From Bacteroidota bacterium (GTDB lineage: Bacteria > Bacteroidota > Bacteroidia > JABEUT01), in assembly GCA_021823405.1 (NCBI GenBank), contig JAKAOA010000004.1, positions 1 through 53,914 on the forward strand: a DNA stretch of 53,914 nucleotides, read 5' to 3'. Positions 17,593 to 28,439 of this stretch are shown one piece after another (the stretch's first letter is position 1; each line of letters begins with the position of its first letter). The position numbers and the translations under genes were made by a program. The notes under the pieces are model-generated. The model was given only the letters and a program-made list of their open reading frames with translations, was not told where the DNA came from and did no database searches.

Positions 17593-20310
17593 ATGAGAAT
17601 ACAAAACCTGTTTATTTCTGCTCTGATAATTATAACCGTATCAAGGAGTTTAAAACTGAATGCACAGAATAACTGCAGTTGTTGGAAGACAGTGGATACA
17701 ACCAACGGCTGGCATGTAGTTCCTTTTGCATTGGACAGCGATGGCGATCTCGTCCCGTCTCCTCCTTTATATAGAAATGATGATGGAGTTTCAAATCCTA
17801 TAAAACTCCCGTTTAATTTTTGCTTTTGGGGTAAAACAATTGATACAGTATATATAAACAATAACGGTGATATTTCATTCGGTCAATCCTATTCGAGCTA
17901 TAATCCTGCCGGATTCCCTCTTGTTGGATGGGAGATGATTGCCCCGTTCTGGGCGGATGTGGACACACGCAACGCATCGTCGGGGGTGGTGTATTATAAA
18001 CTCACCTCGACTTATCTAATAGTGCAGTGGGATACAGTTGGCTATTATAGCGAACATGTTGATAAACTTAACTCATTTCAGGTAATAATCAGCAACGGTC
18101 ACGACCCCATTATTCCAAATGGTAACAATGTTGAGGTTTGTTATGGATCAATGCAGTGGACAACAGGGGACGCTTCGAATGGTGTAAACGGATTTGACGG
18201 CAGTCCCGCCGACCCTGCTACTGTTGGAGTAAATGCGGGTGACGGACATGATTATATACAATTCGGATTATTCGGTGTCCCGGGTAACAGCTATCTGGGA
18301 CAATACCCACCATTCCCTTACGACGGCGTCTCATGGCTCGACGGAAAATCCTTTATTTTCAATGTCTGTAATAATAATACGCCACCGATTGTATCCGGTA
18401 TTTCACCATGCGATACCCTAATAGTATGCATAGGGGATACGCTTGATGTGCCAGTGCTATTCCTATCTCCCAATCAGAACGATACATCCAAATCTGGGCT
18501 TACCCCTCCTGTGCTATCCGGAGTGAGTATCATACGAAACGTACCCGGCACGACCGATTCTGTACTTTTACAGATAGTCGGTAATGGGCTTAATTATGGG
18601 TTCCATAATATCAATCTCTATGGATATGTTTCTAATGTAAATCCGCATGACACATCGTTCGCCCAATTCGTGCTTGAGGTTATTCCACAACCAAAACCGG
18701 TGATTTCCGGTAATGATTCCGTTTGTATTGGAGGAAATACAATCCTTACCGGTAATGGTGGTTTTGTATCTTATACTTGGAGCAATGGTGCCACCACCTC
18801 ATCTATAAGTGTTAACCCAGTTACCCAAACAACCTATACGCTCACAGTTTCGAATGGTATTTGCCAGCATGATACAACTATTACAATATACATTAAGCCG
18901 AACCCGATACCAACCATTACCGCCAGACCTGACAGCATCTGCGCCGGCGACAGCTCCACACTCACCGCGAATGGCGGCGGAACCTATGCGTGGTCAAACC
19001 CGCCGGGCGGAAGCAGGCAGACCGTTAGAGTGGCGGCAGGTACATACACAGTTGCCGTAACAAAAAACGGCTGCACGCATGATACCACCATCACAGTTGT
19101 ACCTTTGTCAAATACACCGCCATCCATAGGACTTACGCTAAACAACCTCTGCCCGAACGACAGCACCGTTCTGCAAGCCGCCGGCGGAACAAAGTATAAA
19201 TGGATGCCCGGAGGCGACAGCACCGCAAACATTAAAGTTGACCCGGGTACATCAACCATTTATACCTGTACCATTACCACGCCTTGCAGGGTAATAGACA
19301 CCACTATTTCAGTAACCTACAAACCATGGCCCAATGTCGGTATCTCGGGAGATACGAGCATCTGTCTGGGTAATTCCACAACCATTACAGCATCCGGCGG
19401 CGGCACCTACAACTGGAACAACAACCAGTTCACCAGTTCCATCCTTGTGGCGCCTTTGAAAGACAGTGTATTTACCGTACAGGTAACGCTTAACGGTTGC
19501 AGTAAGGATACAAGCATACAGATAAACGTGCATACCGTTCCCCATGTAACCATCACGCCAAGCAATAAGGTATGTATCGGTGTTCCGTTCACACTGACCG
19601 CCAGCGGCGCCTGTGATTATAAGTGGAGCAACGGAGCCACCACAAGTTCCATAACAGTAACCCCCGGCAGCACCACAACCTTCTCCGTAGCAGCATGGTG
19701 TTATAATGACACTACAGGATGCGATACCGCTTTGAGTTCGCAGATAACGGTAGATGCAGCCAAACTGAATGCCTGCTGCGATACCACCATAGTAAGCGGC
19801 GACACGGCATCGCTGACGGGTAACGGGTCGAACAACTATATGTGGTCACCCAATTTCGGGTTAAGCTGCGATAACTGCCCCAATCCAATTGCAACGCCTA
19901 CGGTAACCACTACCTATACAGTAAGTTCAATAGACACATCCAACGGCTGTACGCATGATACGATAATAGTGGTAACGGTAAACCGTCCGTGCAACAATAT
20001 CTATGCGCCCAACGTGTTTACACCCAATAACGACGGTATAAACGATGACTTTGTGGTATCGGTTGATACCTTATCTCCGAGCGGTGAACGTTCCTCGTGG
20101 AGTAATTTTACCTTCTATTCCATAGCGATATTCGACCGGTGGGGCAAGGAAGTATATACCTCCACCGACCCTGCACAGCCATGGAACGGTAGAATCTCAA
20201 ATACACAGGATCTTGTGCCTGACGGGGTTTACTATTATATCATTAAGACCACCTGCGGGGCAAATAACAACGAGAAAAAGGGATTTGTGGAAGTGCTGGG
20301 TGAAAAATAA
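17593..20310 (+). CDS. T9SS type B cargo, paralog of the preceding gene
   Basis: Same NIDO-like N-terminus; repeated IC-G-S-TLTA-GG-Y-W units; PNVFTPNNDGIND, IFDRWG and GVYYY CTD. Confidence 0.85.
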   Translation: MRIQNLFISALIIITVSRSLKLNAQNNCSCWKTVDTTNGWHVVPFALDSDGDLVPSPPLYRNDDGVSNPIKLPFNFCFWGKTIDTVYINNNGDISFGQSYSSYNPAGFPLVGWEMIAPFWADVDTRNASSGVVYYKLTSTYLIVQWDTVGYYSEHVDKLNSFQVIISNGHDPIIPNGNNVEVCYGSMQWTTGDASNGVNGFDGSPADPATVGVNAGDGHDYIQFGLFGVPGNSYLGQYPPFPYDGVSWLDGKSFIFNVCNNNTPPIVSGISPCDTLIVCIGDTLDVPVLFLSPNQNDTSKSGLTPPVLSGVSIIRNVPGTTDSVLLQIVGNGLNYGFHNINLYGYVSNVNPHDTSFAQFVLEVIPQPKPVISGNDSVCIGGNTILTGNGGFVSYTWSNGATTSSISVNPVTQTTYTLTVSNGICQHDTTITIYIKPNPIPTITARPDSICAGDSSTLTANGGGTYAWSNPPGGSRQTVRVAAGTYTVAVTKNGCTHDTTITVVPLSNTPPSIGLTLNNLCPNDSTVLQAAGGTKYKWMPGGDSTANIKVDPGTSTIYTCTITTPCRVIDTTISVTYKPWPNVGISGDTSICLGNSTTITASGGGTYNWNNNQFTSSILVAPLKDSVFTVQVTLNGCSKDTSIQINVHTVPHVTITPSNKVCIGVPFTLTASGACDYKWSNGATTSSITVTPGSTTTFSVAAWCYNDTTGCDTALSSQITVDAAKLNACCDTTIVSGDTASLTGNGSNNYMWSPNFGLSCDNCPNPIATPTVTTTYTVSSIDTSNGCTHDTIIVVTVNRPCNNIYAPNVFTPNNDGINDDFVVSVDTLSPSGERSSWSNFTFYSIAIFDRWGKEVYTSTDPAQPWNGRISNTQDLVPDGVYYYIIKTTCGANNNEKKGFVEVLGEK

Positions 20311-20331
20311 TAGATGAAATTGCAGACAAGG

Positions 20332-20361
20332 AAGAGGCGTTAATCAGAGCGCCTCTTTTTT
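20332..20361 (+). terminator. Rho-independent terminator between convergent genes
   Basis: AAGAGGCG...CGCCTCTT stem followed by a T run. Confidence 0.75.
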
Positions 20362-20362
20362 A

Positions 20363-21178
20363 TTATACCGCAACATTAAATTCCCTCAAAGTATCGTTCA
20401 ATGACGTTTTAATGTCCGTAGAAGCTTTTCTTTTACCGATAATAAGAGCGCAAGGCACAGAATAAACGCCTGCCGGGAATTGTTTGGGCATGGCACCGGG
20501 AATAACCACAGAACGGGGAGGCACTACGCCCCTGTATTCAACAGGTTCGGTGCCGCTTACGTCAATAATTTTAGTGGACTGTGTAAGCACTACATTAGCT
20601 CCTAAAACCGACTCTTTCTGCACCCTTACACCTTCCACTACAATGCACCGTGAGCCGATAAAACAGTTATCTTCAATAATTACCGGCGATGCCTGTAATG
20701 GTTCAAGCACGCCGCCTATGCCAACGCCTCCGCTTAAATGTACATTTTTACCTATCTGGGCGCACGACCCTACGGTAGCCCATGTATCCACCATTGTGCC
20801 GCTGTCCACGTAAGCGCCTATGTTCACATACGAGGGCATCAGAATAACTGAATTTGCAAGGAACGATCCGTAGCGCGCCAAGGCATGGGGTACTGCCCGC
20901 ACGCCTATTGACTGATAATCCTTTTTGAGCGGAATTTTATCGTAAAATTCAATATCGCCTGCCTTTATTACTTCCATCTTTTGTACCTGAAAGTACAGGA
21001 GTATGGCTTTTTTAATCCATTCATTAACCCTCCAGCCGTTACCTACCGGTTGGGCAACGCGCAACGCACCGTTATTAAGTTTCGATATGGTATTGGCAAT
21101 GGCTTCTTTTACCTCGCCATTTTTTATTAACTCGCGGTTTTCAAAAGCATTCAGTATAAATTCTACTTCCTTTTCCAT
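20363..21178 (-). CDS. dapD: 2,3,4,5-tetrahydropyridine-2,6-dicarboxylate N-succinyltransferase
   Basis: DKIPLK, MPSYVNIGAYVD, DTWATVGSCAQIG, GGVLEPLQA. ATG 21178 follows TATATTTG at 21198-21191. Confidence 0.95.
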   Translation of the reverse strand: MEKEVEFILNAFENRELIKNGEVKEAIANTISKLNNGALRVAQPVGNGWRVNEWIKKAILLYFQVQKMEVIKAGDIEFYDKIPLKKDYQSIGVRAVPHALARYGSFLANSVILMPSYVNIGAYVDSGTMVDTWATVGSCAQIGKNVHLSGGVGIGGVLEPLQASPVIIEDNCFIGSRCIVVEGVRVQKESVLGANVVLTQSTKIIDVSGTEPVEYRGVVPPRSVVIPGAMPKQFPAGVYSVPCALIIGKRKASTDIKTSLNDTLREFNVAV

Positions 21179-21304
21179 AACCTCCGGCGGCAAATATAAC
21201 CTATTCGGCAATATGCAGAATGTGAAGGTACGAGCGCAGATAAAGGAGATGTTATAAAAGGATCCATTATTAAATCTGCCGCTATTTTGAGTAAATTTGC
21301 AGTA

Positions 21305-21730
21305 ATGAGCAGATTTTTATCCATTGACTATGGAACCGTACGAGTAGGATTAGCGGTAACAGACCCGTTGCAGATAATTGCCACCGGGCTTGCTACCGTG
21401 CCTACTAATGACATTTTCAGTTTTTTAACCGATTATATGGCGAAGGAAAAAATTGAGGGAATTGTAGTCGGCGAACCCAGAAATCTGAAAAACAAATTCG
21501 ATGAGATGGCGGCACCCACCATTGCTTTTATAGACAAATTGCAAAAGTTTTTCCCTTCCGTGCCCGTCTATAGAGTGGATGAAAGGTTTACGTCGCGAAT
21601 GGCATTGCGGGCTATGATAGACGGCGGCATGAAAAAAACGAAAAGGCGCGACAAAGGTTTGGTTGATAAAATAAGCGCAACCTTAATCCTGCAAACTTTT
21701 ATGGAAATGAAACTAAAGGGTGAACGGTAA
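21305..21730 (+). CDS. ruvX: YqgF/RuvX pre-16S rRNA nuclease
   Basis: SIDYGTVRVGLA, VDERFTS, VDKISATLILQ; TAAATTTG at 21292-21299. Confidence 0.93.
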   Translation: MSRFLSIDYGTVRVGLAVTDPLQIIATGLATVPTNDIFSFLTDYMAKEKIEGIVVGEPRNLKNKFDEMAAPTIAFIDKLQKFFPSVPVYRVDERFTSRMALRAMIDGGMKKTKRRDKGLVDKISATLILQTFMEMKLKGER

Positions 21731-21781
21731 TTGCCTGCACCGCATTGGCTAAAATTATTTATTATTTTTGACTTCTCGATT

Positions 21782-22366
21782 ATGATACTACCGATTGTTG
21801 CATACGGCGATACTGTTTTAAAGAAAACTGCGAAAGAGGTTACCAAAGGATACCCAGAACTGGCGAATATTATAGCGGATATGTACGAGACCATGCACAA
21901 TGCGAAAGGCGTAGGGCTGGCGGCGCCACAAATTGGTCTGTCTATCCGCTTGTTTGTGGTAGATGCTTCAGCGTATGCAGGTGATGACGATGCAGAAGAA
22001 AATAAAGAGAAACAGGATTTGAAAGATTTTAAGAAAGTATTTATAAACGCAAGGATGATTGCCGAAAAGGGGAACAAATGGAAATTCAACGAGGGGTGTT
22101 TGAGTATCCCCACCATCAGAGAGGATGTGGAAAGAATGCCCTCTATAATGCTGCGTTACCTCGACGAACAATTTATGGAGCACGAGGAACACTTCGAGGG
22201 CATTAAGGCGAGAATCATTCAGCACGAATATGACCATATTGACGGTATATTATTTACCGATAGAATAAGTCCCTTACGCAAACAGTTACTTAAAGGCAAA
22301 CTGCGAGATGTATCCCGAGGACTGGTAGATGTTTCTTATAAAATGAAATTCCCTTTAAAAAAATAG
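21782..22366 (+). CDS. def: Peptide deformylase
   Basis: GVGLAAPQIG, EGCLSIP, QHEYDHIDG. Confidence 0.97.
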   Translation: MILPIVAYGDTVLKKTAKEVTKGYPELANIIADMYETMHNAKGVGLAAPQIGLSIRLFVVDASAYAGDDDAEENKEKQDLKDFKKVFINARMIAEKGNKWKFNEGCLSIPTIREDVERMPSIMLRYLDEQFMEHEEHFEGIKARIIQHEYDHIDGILFTDRISPLRKQLLKGKLRDVSRGLVDVSYKMKFPLKK

Positions 22367-22370
22367 AAAT

Positions 22371-22943
22371 ATGAATAAAAACGTTCAGCTTAAACCTGTA
22401 TCCAAACGGCTTTTGTCCGCAACCCTTATCTGTATGACAATAACCATTTGGGGCTGCTCTCATGAGAGAGAGAATTGCATAAAAAACATTAAAGCCGCCG
22501 AAAGCAAAATGAAGAACGCCACAAAAGTTGACATTGGCAGCGCAAACAACGCCATTAATTTATATGTGAATTTTACGAACCGTTTTCCCAAGGATTCGTT
22601 AAGCCCGCAGTTTTTATATAAAGCCGCCATGCTTGCCATGAGCGTATCCCAATACAACAGGGCGTTGGCATTATATGATACAATTTATGCGGCATATCCC
22701 GATTTCCGGCAGGCATCGGACTGTATTTTTGTGCAAGGATATATATATGATAACTTTCTGAAAGATACGGCGAAGGCGCATGCTAAATATCAGGAAGTGA
22801 TAAATAAGTTCCCGAATGATAAACTTGCGCAGGATGCTAAAGCCGCTATTTCCGACTTGGGAAAGAGTAATGAGGAAATCATAAAAGAATTCGAGGAAAA
22901 GAATAAGGGTAAAGATACCGCCAAGACAAAGCAATCAATATAA
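22371..22943 (+). CDS. TPR-repeat lipoprotein (YbgF/BamD-like)
   Basis: Lipobox-like IWGC; helical repeats with FPKDS, YPDF and FPND turns. Confidence 0.75.
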   Translation: MNKNVQLKPVSKRLLSATLICMTITIWGCSHERENCIKNIKAAESKMKNATKVDIGSANNAINLYVNFTNRFPKDSLSPQFLYKAAMLAMSVSQYNRALALYDTIYAAYPDFRQASDCIFVQGYIYDNFLKDTAKAHAKYQEVINKFPNDKLAQDAKAAISDLGKSNEEIIKEFEEKNKGKDTAKTKQSI

Positions 22944-23001
22944 TATAGAGGCAGCGGTAACAGTTCCTTTACGAACATTTTGTTATTTTTGCGCCCCCAT
23001 T

Positions 23002-23075
23002 GGGGCATTAGCTCAGCTGGCTAGAGCGTTTGCATGGCATGCAAGAGGTCATCGGTTCGACTCCGATATGCTCCA
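23002..23075 (+). tRNA. tRNA-Ala (anticodon GGC)
   Basis: GGGGCATTAGCTCAGCTGG...TTGCATGGCATGCAAG...GGTTCGACTCC...ATGCTCCA; promoter TATTTTTG at 22984-22991. Confidence 0.95.
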
Positions 23076-23088
23076 CACCAATATAATT

Positions 23089-23120
23089 AAGCCCTTCAAG
23101 GAATTGAAGGACTTTTTTTT
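23089..23120 (+). terminator. Rho-independent terminator after tRNA-Ala
   Basis: CCTTCAA-GGAA-TTGAAGG stem followed by a T run. Confidence 0.75.
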
Positions 23121-24210
23121 ATTTTTCAATAATCAGTTTACCTTGACCGACTGTGGTACCATCGGTATTCAAAACCCGGTATAGGTACAATCCATTGGGC
23201 TGCGCCGAAATATTAAGCTGAATTTGGGCGTTGGAGTTCAGGAATTGCATCCGGTACACATCTTGGCCTAACATATTGAACACTTCAACAGTTCCGCCCG
23301 TGGCGGCAGATGATTGATTTCCGAGTTCCATAGTAAATTGTCCGGCTGACGGGTTTGGGTAAACGGTTATAGCGTCAGCGGGTGAGCTAATATTGGTTAC
23401 TCCGGCGGTAACATGATTCAGATAAAAGGCGCCTGTAACCTTTGAACCATTAAGCGAATCCATTGTTACGTCGGCTACGGCTCCCATTCCGTTGGCATAC
23501 CATGTGAAATTTTCAGATTTTGTAAAACCGGTTCTTATTACCTGAAAAAAGGTCCAAGAACTGCCTGACCAAATAAAAACGCTGTCGTATTGAGGTAAAG
23601 TTACCTCTTTTAATCGCAATGAATTATATGAACCGGCGGGCGTTGTTACGCTTCCCCAACCGTCTACGGTATCCAGTTGAGTGCTTACTATTATACTACG
23701 TTCCACCCCGGACATGGTGGTAACTTGCCGAACCGTTTCCGACCAGTTTGACCGGTAATTCAATGGTAAAACCAATTGCTTTTCGTTATCAAACGTATCT
23801 ACCAATACAGTTGGGCTTACTTCATATTCTCCAATTAGCTGGTACACGCTTGAATTGGATATTAAATAGTCGTATCCTACCGACCCTTTAAGGGCGCCAG
23901 GTCCGCCAAGTACTGATTTGTAGGCATCGGTGGCGGAGGGAAACTTACTGTAATAAGGAGTATTATTAGGTGATTGATAGTAGCCGGAATCAATAAAATC
24001 ATTCTTAATGGCGCTTAAATTCCATGTTTGGTTTGCTCCGGCGTTGCCTTGAGATACTGTAGGCAATGTATCCCACGATTCCAGATAAACCTTCCATAAT
24101 TGAGGCATGTCGCTTTGTGTAATTGTAATTTGCGCTTCCGATTTAGGGGCTGCCCATGCAATAAATGCAACAAAGCAGAGTGTCGTTTTTAATAGTTGTT
24201 TTGTTTTCAT
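23119..24210 (-). CDS. T9SS type A sorting-domain protein
   Basis: Signal peptide, QITITQSDMP, GANQTWN, VDGWGSVTTPAG; CTD VYPNP...GLYLY...KLIIEK. Confidence 0.85.
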   Translation of the reverse strand: MKTKQLLKTTLCFVAFIAWAAPKSEAQITITQSDMPQLWKVYLESWDTLPTVSQGNAGANQTWNLSAIKNDFIDSGYYQSPNNTPYYSKFPSATDAYKSVLGGPGALKGSVGYDYLISNSSVYQLIGEYEVSPTVLVDTFDNEKQLVLPLNYRSNWSETVRQVTTMSGVERSIIVSTQLDTVDGWGSVTTPAGSYNSLRLKEVTLPQYDSVFIWSGSSWTFFQVIRTGFTKSENFTWYANGMGAVADVTMDSLNGSKVTGAFYLNHVTAGVTNISSPADAITVYPNPSAGQFTMELGNQSSAATGGTVEVFNMLGQDVYRMQFLNSNAQIQLNISAQPNGLYLYRVLNTDGTTVGQGKLIIEK

Positions 24211-24264
24211 GGCGTTGAGGTGTTAAAGTTGTTATTGTTCTGATTTTATGTGATAATACTAAGT

Positions 24265-25710
24265 TTATTTTAGGATAATTAGCTTTCCTTCTCCAATTAA
24301 ACCGCCGTTAACGTTTTGTACACTATATAGATAAACGCCGTTTGGTTGGCCCGAAAGATTGATTTGAAACTGTTCACCGGTAGTAAAAAATTGTTTGGAA
24401 TATATTTTCACGCCCGATATATTAAACACTTCAACAGTTTCACCGTAGGGATTTATAGGTAGATTATTTAATTGCAAGTTAAATAGCCCCTCGCCCGGAT
24501 TTGGGTAAACATTAATGGCGCGGTTGGTTCTGGTTAAGTTGATAAATGAAGCAATAGCGCCGGTGTCAATTCTGAAGATTACGCCATTGTTCCCAACGCC
24601 GCCATTTTGTGTCATGCCATAAAGGAATTTGCCTGAAAGGGTTAGTTCACCCCATGGATTTGCGCCTTGCGTACCGTTAAAATTATACATAATCCTGAAT
24701 TGCGAACCGTTTGTATCTATAGAAAAGATTGTTCCGGAGCTGCCTGTTCCGCCTTCCGACGTCATTCCGTAAAGAAATCGTCCGGAGCTGATTAACCCAC
24801 TTTCAGGATAGTTACCGCTGGTTGCAGTAAAGTCAAATAAATCTCTAAAATTAGCGCCGTTGGTATCTATAGAAAAGATACAACCTTCATTATTTGCCCC
24901 TGCGCCGTTAGTCATGCCATAAATTTTGCCGCCTAACAATAAAGGTGTAGCTTCGGGTAGAGCGCCATTGCTGTTGCCATTAAAATCAAAGAATTCGTTA
25001 TAACGCGATCCGCTTACGGAGATTGAAAAAATGGAGCCGGCGCTGTAATTTGGTCCCCCATCATCAATGAGTCCGAATAATTGATTTCCTGAAACCGAAG
25101 GCGTTAGCCCGTTTACACCGGGGAGTCCGTTTACAAGGTCAAATATATCCTGAAAGGAACTGCCGTTGGTATTGATAGAAAAGATAACCCCGTTGGCATT
25201 TACACCTCCGCTATTGGTCATTCCAAAAAGCTTACCACTCAAAAGGACTAAGGCGCTTACCGGTTTGTCCGGATTATTGCCCGAACTGCTGAAATCATAA
25301 AGATCCTTATAGCCCGTTCCATTTGTGTTTATTGAGAATATCATTCCCACGCCGTTTCTCCCCCCTCCTCCGGTGTTACCATAGAGGACGCTTCCCGAAA
25401 GGGTTAAGGAAGATTCGGGCGTTTCGCCATTTATGCCGTTCGTGTCGTCGAAATCCCAGAGGTCTTTATACCCGCTTCCATTGGTATCTATTGAAAAGAT
25501 GTTACCCCAATTATTGGAGCCGCCTGCGCTGGTCATCCCATACATTACATTACCTGATATAATTAGATTTATACCAAGCGGACCTCGCCCGTCGGCATTG
25601 CCTGCTTTGCCTGTGTCCTGAAAGTAATGTAAAACTGTAAATTGGGCTTTACAATTAAAAAGCGCTGAAGAACTTACTACCAAAAACAAGGCGAGTAGCT
25701 TTTCTCTCAT
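24265..25710 (-). CDS. T9SS type A cargo with Gloeo_Verruco (GloVer)-type beta-propeller repeats
   Basis: About seven repeats of LYGMTxxGG...GxIFSIxTNG...xDF; CTD VYPNP...GVYLY...KLIILK. Confidence 0.82.
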   Translation of the reverse strand: MREKLLALFLVVSSSALFNCKAQFTVLHYFQDTGKAGNADGRGPLGINLIISGNVMYGMTSAGGSNNWGNIFSIDTNGSGYKDLWDFDDTNGINGETPESSLTLSGSVLYGNTGGGGRNGVGMIFSINTNGTGYKDLYDFSSSGNNPDKPVSALVLLSGKLFGMTNSGGVNANGVIFSINTNGSSFQDIFDLVNGLPGVNGLTPSVSGNQLFGLIDDGGPNYSAGSIFSISVSGSRYNEFFDFNGNSNGALPEATPLLLGGKIYGMTNGAGANNEGCIFSIDTNGANFRDLFDFTATSGNYPESGLISSGRFLYGMTSEGGTGSSGTIFSIDTNGSQFRIMYNFNGTQGANPWGELTLSGKFLYGMTQNGGVGNNGVIFRIDTGAIASFINLTRTNRAINVYPNPGEGLFNLQLNNLPINPYGETVEVFNISGVKIYSKQFFTTGEQFQINLSGQPNGVYLYSVQNVNGGLIGEGKLIILK

Positions 25711-25941
25711 AAGGTTTCTTATTTTAGAAATAAAGAACCATGCAAATATAGAAAAATTGTTACATGTTCGAGTTGTTCTATATCATGCAAAGCAATTTGT
25801 TAATAAATAATGTCACGTTCATGAACTTCATTTTAGCCGGGCTTGAAATTGCGGGTTTTTCCATCAAACAGCTGTAAACCAATAGAATCAGTCGCGTTTG
25901 TTCATTATAAATAGCTTTGAATTCCTTTGAACAAAAGCGTT

Positions 25942-26880
25942 TTAATTGGTTGTGAATTCCAATTTCTTCGCCTCTTTATAAACTTCCCGAATGCCGTCCT
26001 TAAGTTCAATGCGGTGTTTCCAGCCGATAGAGTGTATTTTGCTCATATCCAATAGTTTGCGTGGAGTTCCATCGGGTTTGGCAGGGTTGAACCTGACATC
26101 GCCGCGATAATCGGTAATATCCTTTATTAACAAGGCGAGGTCGCGTATTGAAATATCGGTTCCGCTGCCCACATTAACAGGTTCTTTCTCATTATAATTC
26201 TCCATTAAAAAGATAGATGCTTCAGCCAGATCGTCAACGTGCAGAAATTCGCGTAAAGGCGTGCCTGTACCCCATATCTCTACAGCCGGTTCATTCCGCG
26301 CTTTGGCGGTATGAAATTTGCGCAGCATAGCGGGAAGGACGTGTGAATTTTCAAGATCGTAGTTGTCCTTGGGTCCATACAGATTGGTGGGCAATAAAGA
26401 AATAAAATTACAGCCATATTGCAGTCGGTATGACTCGCAAAGTTTTATTCCGGCTATCTTGGCTATGGCATAAGGTTCGTTTGTATATTCAAGAGGACCG
26501 GTAAGCAGATATGACTCCTTAAGAGGTTGGGGAGCGAGTTTGGGGTAGATGCAGGAAGAACCGAGGAAGAGCAATTTCTTCGCCTTATTCTGCCACGAGG
26601 CATGTATTATATTTGATTCAATGGCGAGATTATCGTATATAAATTCGGCGCGATAGAGGTTATTGGCATTTATACCGCCTACTTTAGCAGCGGCGAGAAA
26701 TATATATTCCGGTTTATTCTCTTGAAAAAAATCGAAGACCTGTTGCTGGTTTCGCAGATCGAGTTCTGAAGAGGTGCGTACCGTAATATGGTCGTACCCC
26801 CGTTCATTCAATTTTCGGATTATTGCCGAACCTACCATCCCTTTGTGACCGGCAACGTATATTTTTGAGCGTCTGTCCAT
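25942..26880 (-). CDS. fcl: GDP-L-fucose synthase
   Basis: [39 protein letters not shown]. Confidence 0.96.
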   Translation of the reverse strand: MDRRSKIYVAGHKGMVGSAIIRKLNERGYDHITVRTSSELDLRNQQQVFDFFQENKPEYIFLAAAKVGGINANNLYRAEFIYDNLAIESNIIHASWQNKAKKLLFLGSSCIYPKLAPQPLKESYLLTGPLEYTNEPYAIAKIAGIKLCESYRLQYGCNFISLLPTNLYGPKDNYDLENSHVLPAMLRKFHTAKARNEPAVEIWGTGTPLREFLHVDDLAEASIFLMENYNEKEPVNVGSGTDISIRDLALLIKDITDYRGDVRFNPAKPDGTPRKLLDMSKIHSIGWKHRIELKDGIREVYKEAKKLEFTTN

Positions 26881-26909
26881 AAAATACGGATTTCAGATTT
26901 CAAAATATC

Positions 26910-27998
26910 TCATTCGTTAAAGTTCATGATGTCGTGACCTCCTTCAAGCAGGTATTTGTCTCTCTTGAACAGCTTAACATCGCTTGCAACCATTTCTTTA
27001 ACCATTTCGTCAATATTATATTTGGGTTTCCAACCCAGTTTTTTGAATGCTTTAGTGGCGTCTCCCACAAGCAGGTCGACTTCGGTGGGTCGGAAATAGC
27101 GGTTATCTATTTCAATGACAGTTTTACCGCTCTTTTTGTCTAATCCCTTTTCATTCACTCCCTTACCCTGCCACTCAAGCTCCATGCCTGTTTCCCTGAA
27201 TGCCAGTTCGGCAAAACGCCGTACCGAAATTTTTTTCCCGGTGGCGAGGACAAAGTCCTCCGGTTCGCGCTGCTGCATCATTAGCCACATACCTTCTACA
27301 TAGTCCTTTGCGTGCCCCCAGTCCCTCTCGGCATCAAGATTGCCGAGAAAAAGCTTTTCCTGTAATCCGAGTGATATTTTGGCGGCAGCCCTTGTAATCT
27401 TGCGAGTTACAAAAGTTTCGCCGCGCACAGGGCTTTCGTGGTTAAATAATATCCCGTTTATAGCGTACATGCCATATGCCTCACGGTAATTCCGGGTAAT
27501 CCAAAAGGCGTATAACTTGGCTACTCCATAAGGGCTTCGAGGGTAAAACGGGGTGGTTTCCTTTTGAGGTATTTCCTGCGCATACCCATAAAGTTCGGAA
27601 GTTGACGCTTGATATACCCTCGTTTTCTTTTCCAGTTTCAGTATCCTTACCGCTTCCAGCAGTCGCAGTACACCAATGGCATCGGTATTGGCGGTATATT
27701 CCGGCGTTTCGAATGATACTCTCACATGCGATTGTGCGGCAAGGTTATAGATTTCATCAGGTTGAACCTCCTGCACAATACGTATAAGATTTGAAGAGTC
27801 GGTAAGGTCGCCATAATGCAGAAAAAAATTATTTTTCTTTTCGTGTACGTCCTTATAAAGGTGGTCAATGCGGTGAGTGTTGAACAATGAACTTCGCCGT
27901 TTTACGCCATGAACTTCGTAACCCTTATGAAGCAGCAATTCCGACAAGTACGCTCCATCCTGTCCTGTAATTCCGGTTACCAGCGCCTTTTTAGCCAT
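26910..27998 (-). CDS. gmd: GDP-mannose 4,6-dehydratase
   Basis: [45 protein letters not shown]; ATG 27998 chosen. Confidence 0.97.
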   Translation of the reverse strand: MAKKALVTGITGQDGAYLSELLLHKGYEVHGVKRRSSLFNTHRIDHLYKDVHEKKNNFFLHYGDLTDSSNLIRIVQEVQPDEIYNLAAQSHVRVSFETPEYTANTDAIGVLRLLEAVRILKLEKKTRVYQASTSELYGYAQEIPQKETTPFYPRSPYGVAKLYAFWITRNYREAYGMYAINGILFNHESPVRGETFVTRKITRAAAKISLGLQEKLFLGNLDAERDWGHAKDYVEGMWLMMQQREPEDFVLATGKKISVRRFAELAFRETGMELEWQGKGVNEKGLDKKSGKTVIEIDNRYFRPTEVDLLVGDATKAFKKLGWKPKYNIDEMVKEMVASDVKLFKRDKYLLEGGHDIMNFNE

Positions 27999-28366
27999 AT
28001 CAGTTAAATTATTCATGCAATAATAGTGAAAAATATGAATAAACAGCATTCCATCCTCTTGGAATCCGAAAAGTATATACAAACCTGCTTTACGTATGAA
28101 GCCCGTATTACTTCATTGTGCAGTTTAACATAAGAATAATTTAAAAATTCGTCACATACGAGAAGTATAAGCGAAGAAAAAACGGAGTTTACTATTATCC
28201 CAAAGCAATAAATTGAATTAAGAATTATAATTTATTTCCGGCTTAACCCATACCTGTCTGTGGGGCGTAAAATCAGTTTCAACCTGTTAACACACTTGTA
28301 GTCAGCCGGTTGGTTTGTTGCTGACGGCTTGTAGTTCGATTGGGAATGCTTTCTGTTATTAAATTA

Positions 28367-28421
28367 TTTTAAACTTTTGATTAAAATCATTGTTTTAATC
28401 AAATGATTAATCATATATTTG
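28367..28421 (+). promoter_or_regulatory. Tandem TetR operators overlapping the promoter
   Basis: TTAAACTTTTGATTAA and TTAATCAAATGATTAA palindromes; perfect 11-bp inverted repeat 28376-28386/28393-28403; TATATTTG at 28414-28421. Confidence 0.7.
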
Positions 28422-28439
28422 CTGCCCGAAAGTAAAACG

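Noticed and set aside
21568-22116. 182-aa antisense ORF and the other antisense or nested ORFs in the track (e.g. 3255-3632, 38623-39051, 43590-44033)
   Set aside because: Shadows of well-supported genes, with no recognisable motifs.
25942-27998. gmd-fcl outside a polysaccharide locus as an anomaly
   Set aside because: Stand-alone GDP-fucose genes are ordinary in Bacteroidota.
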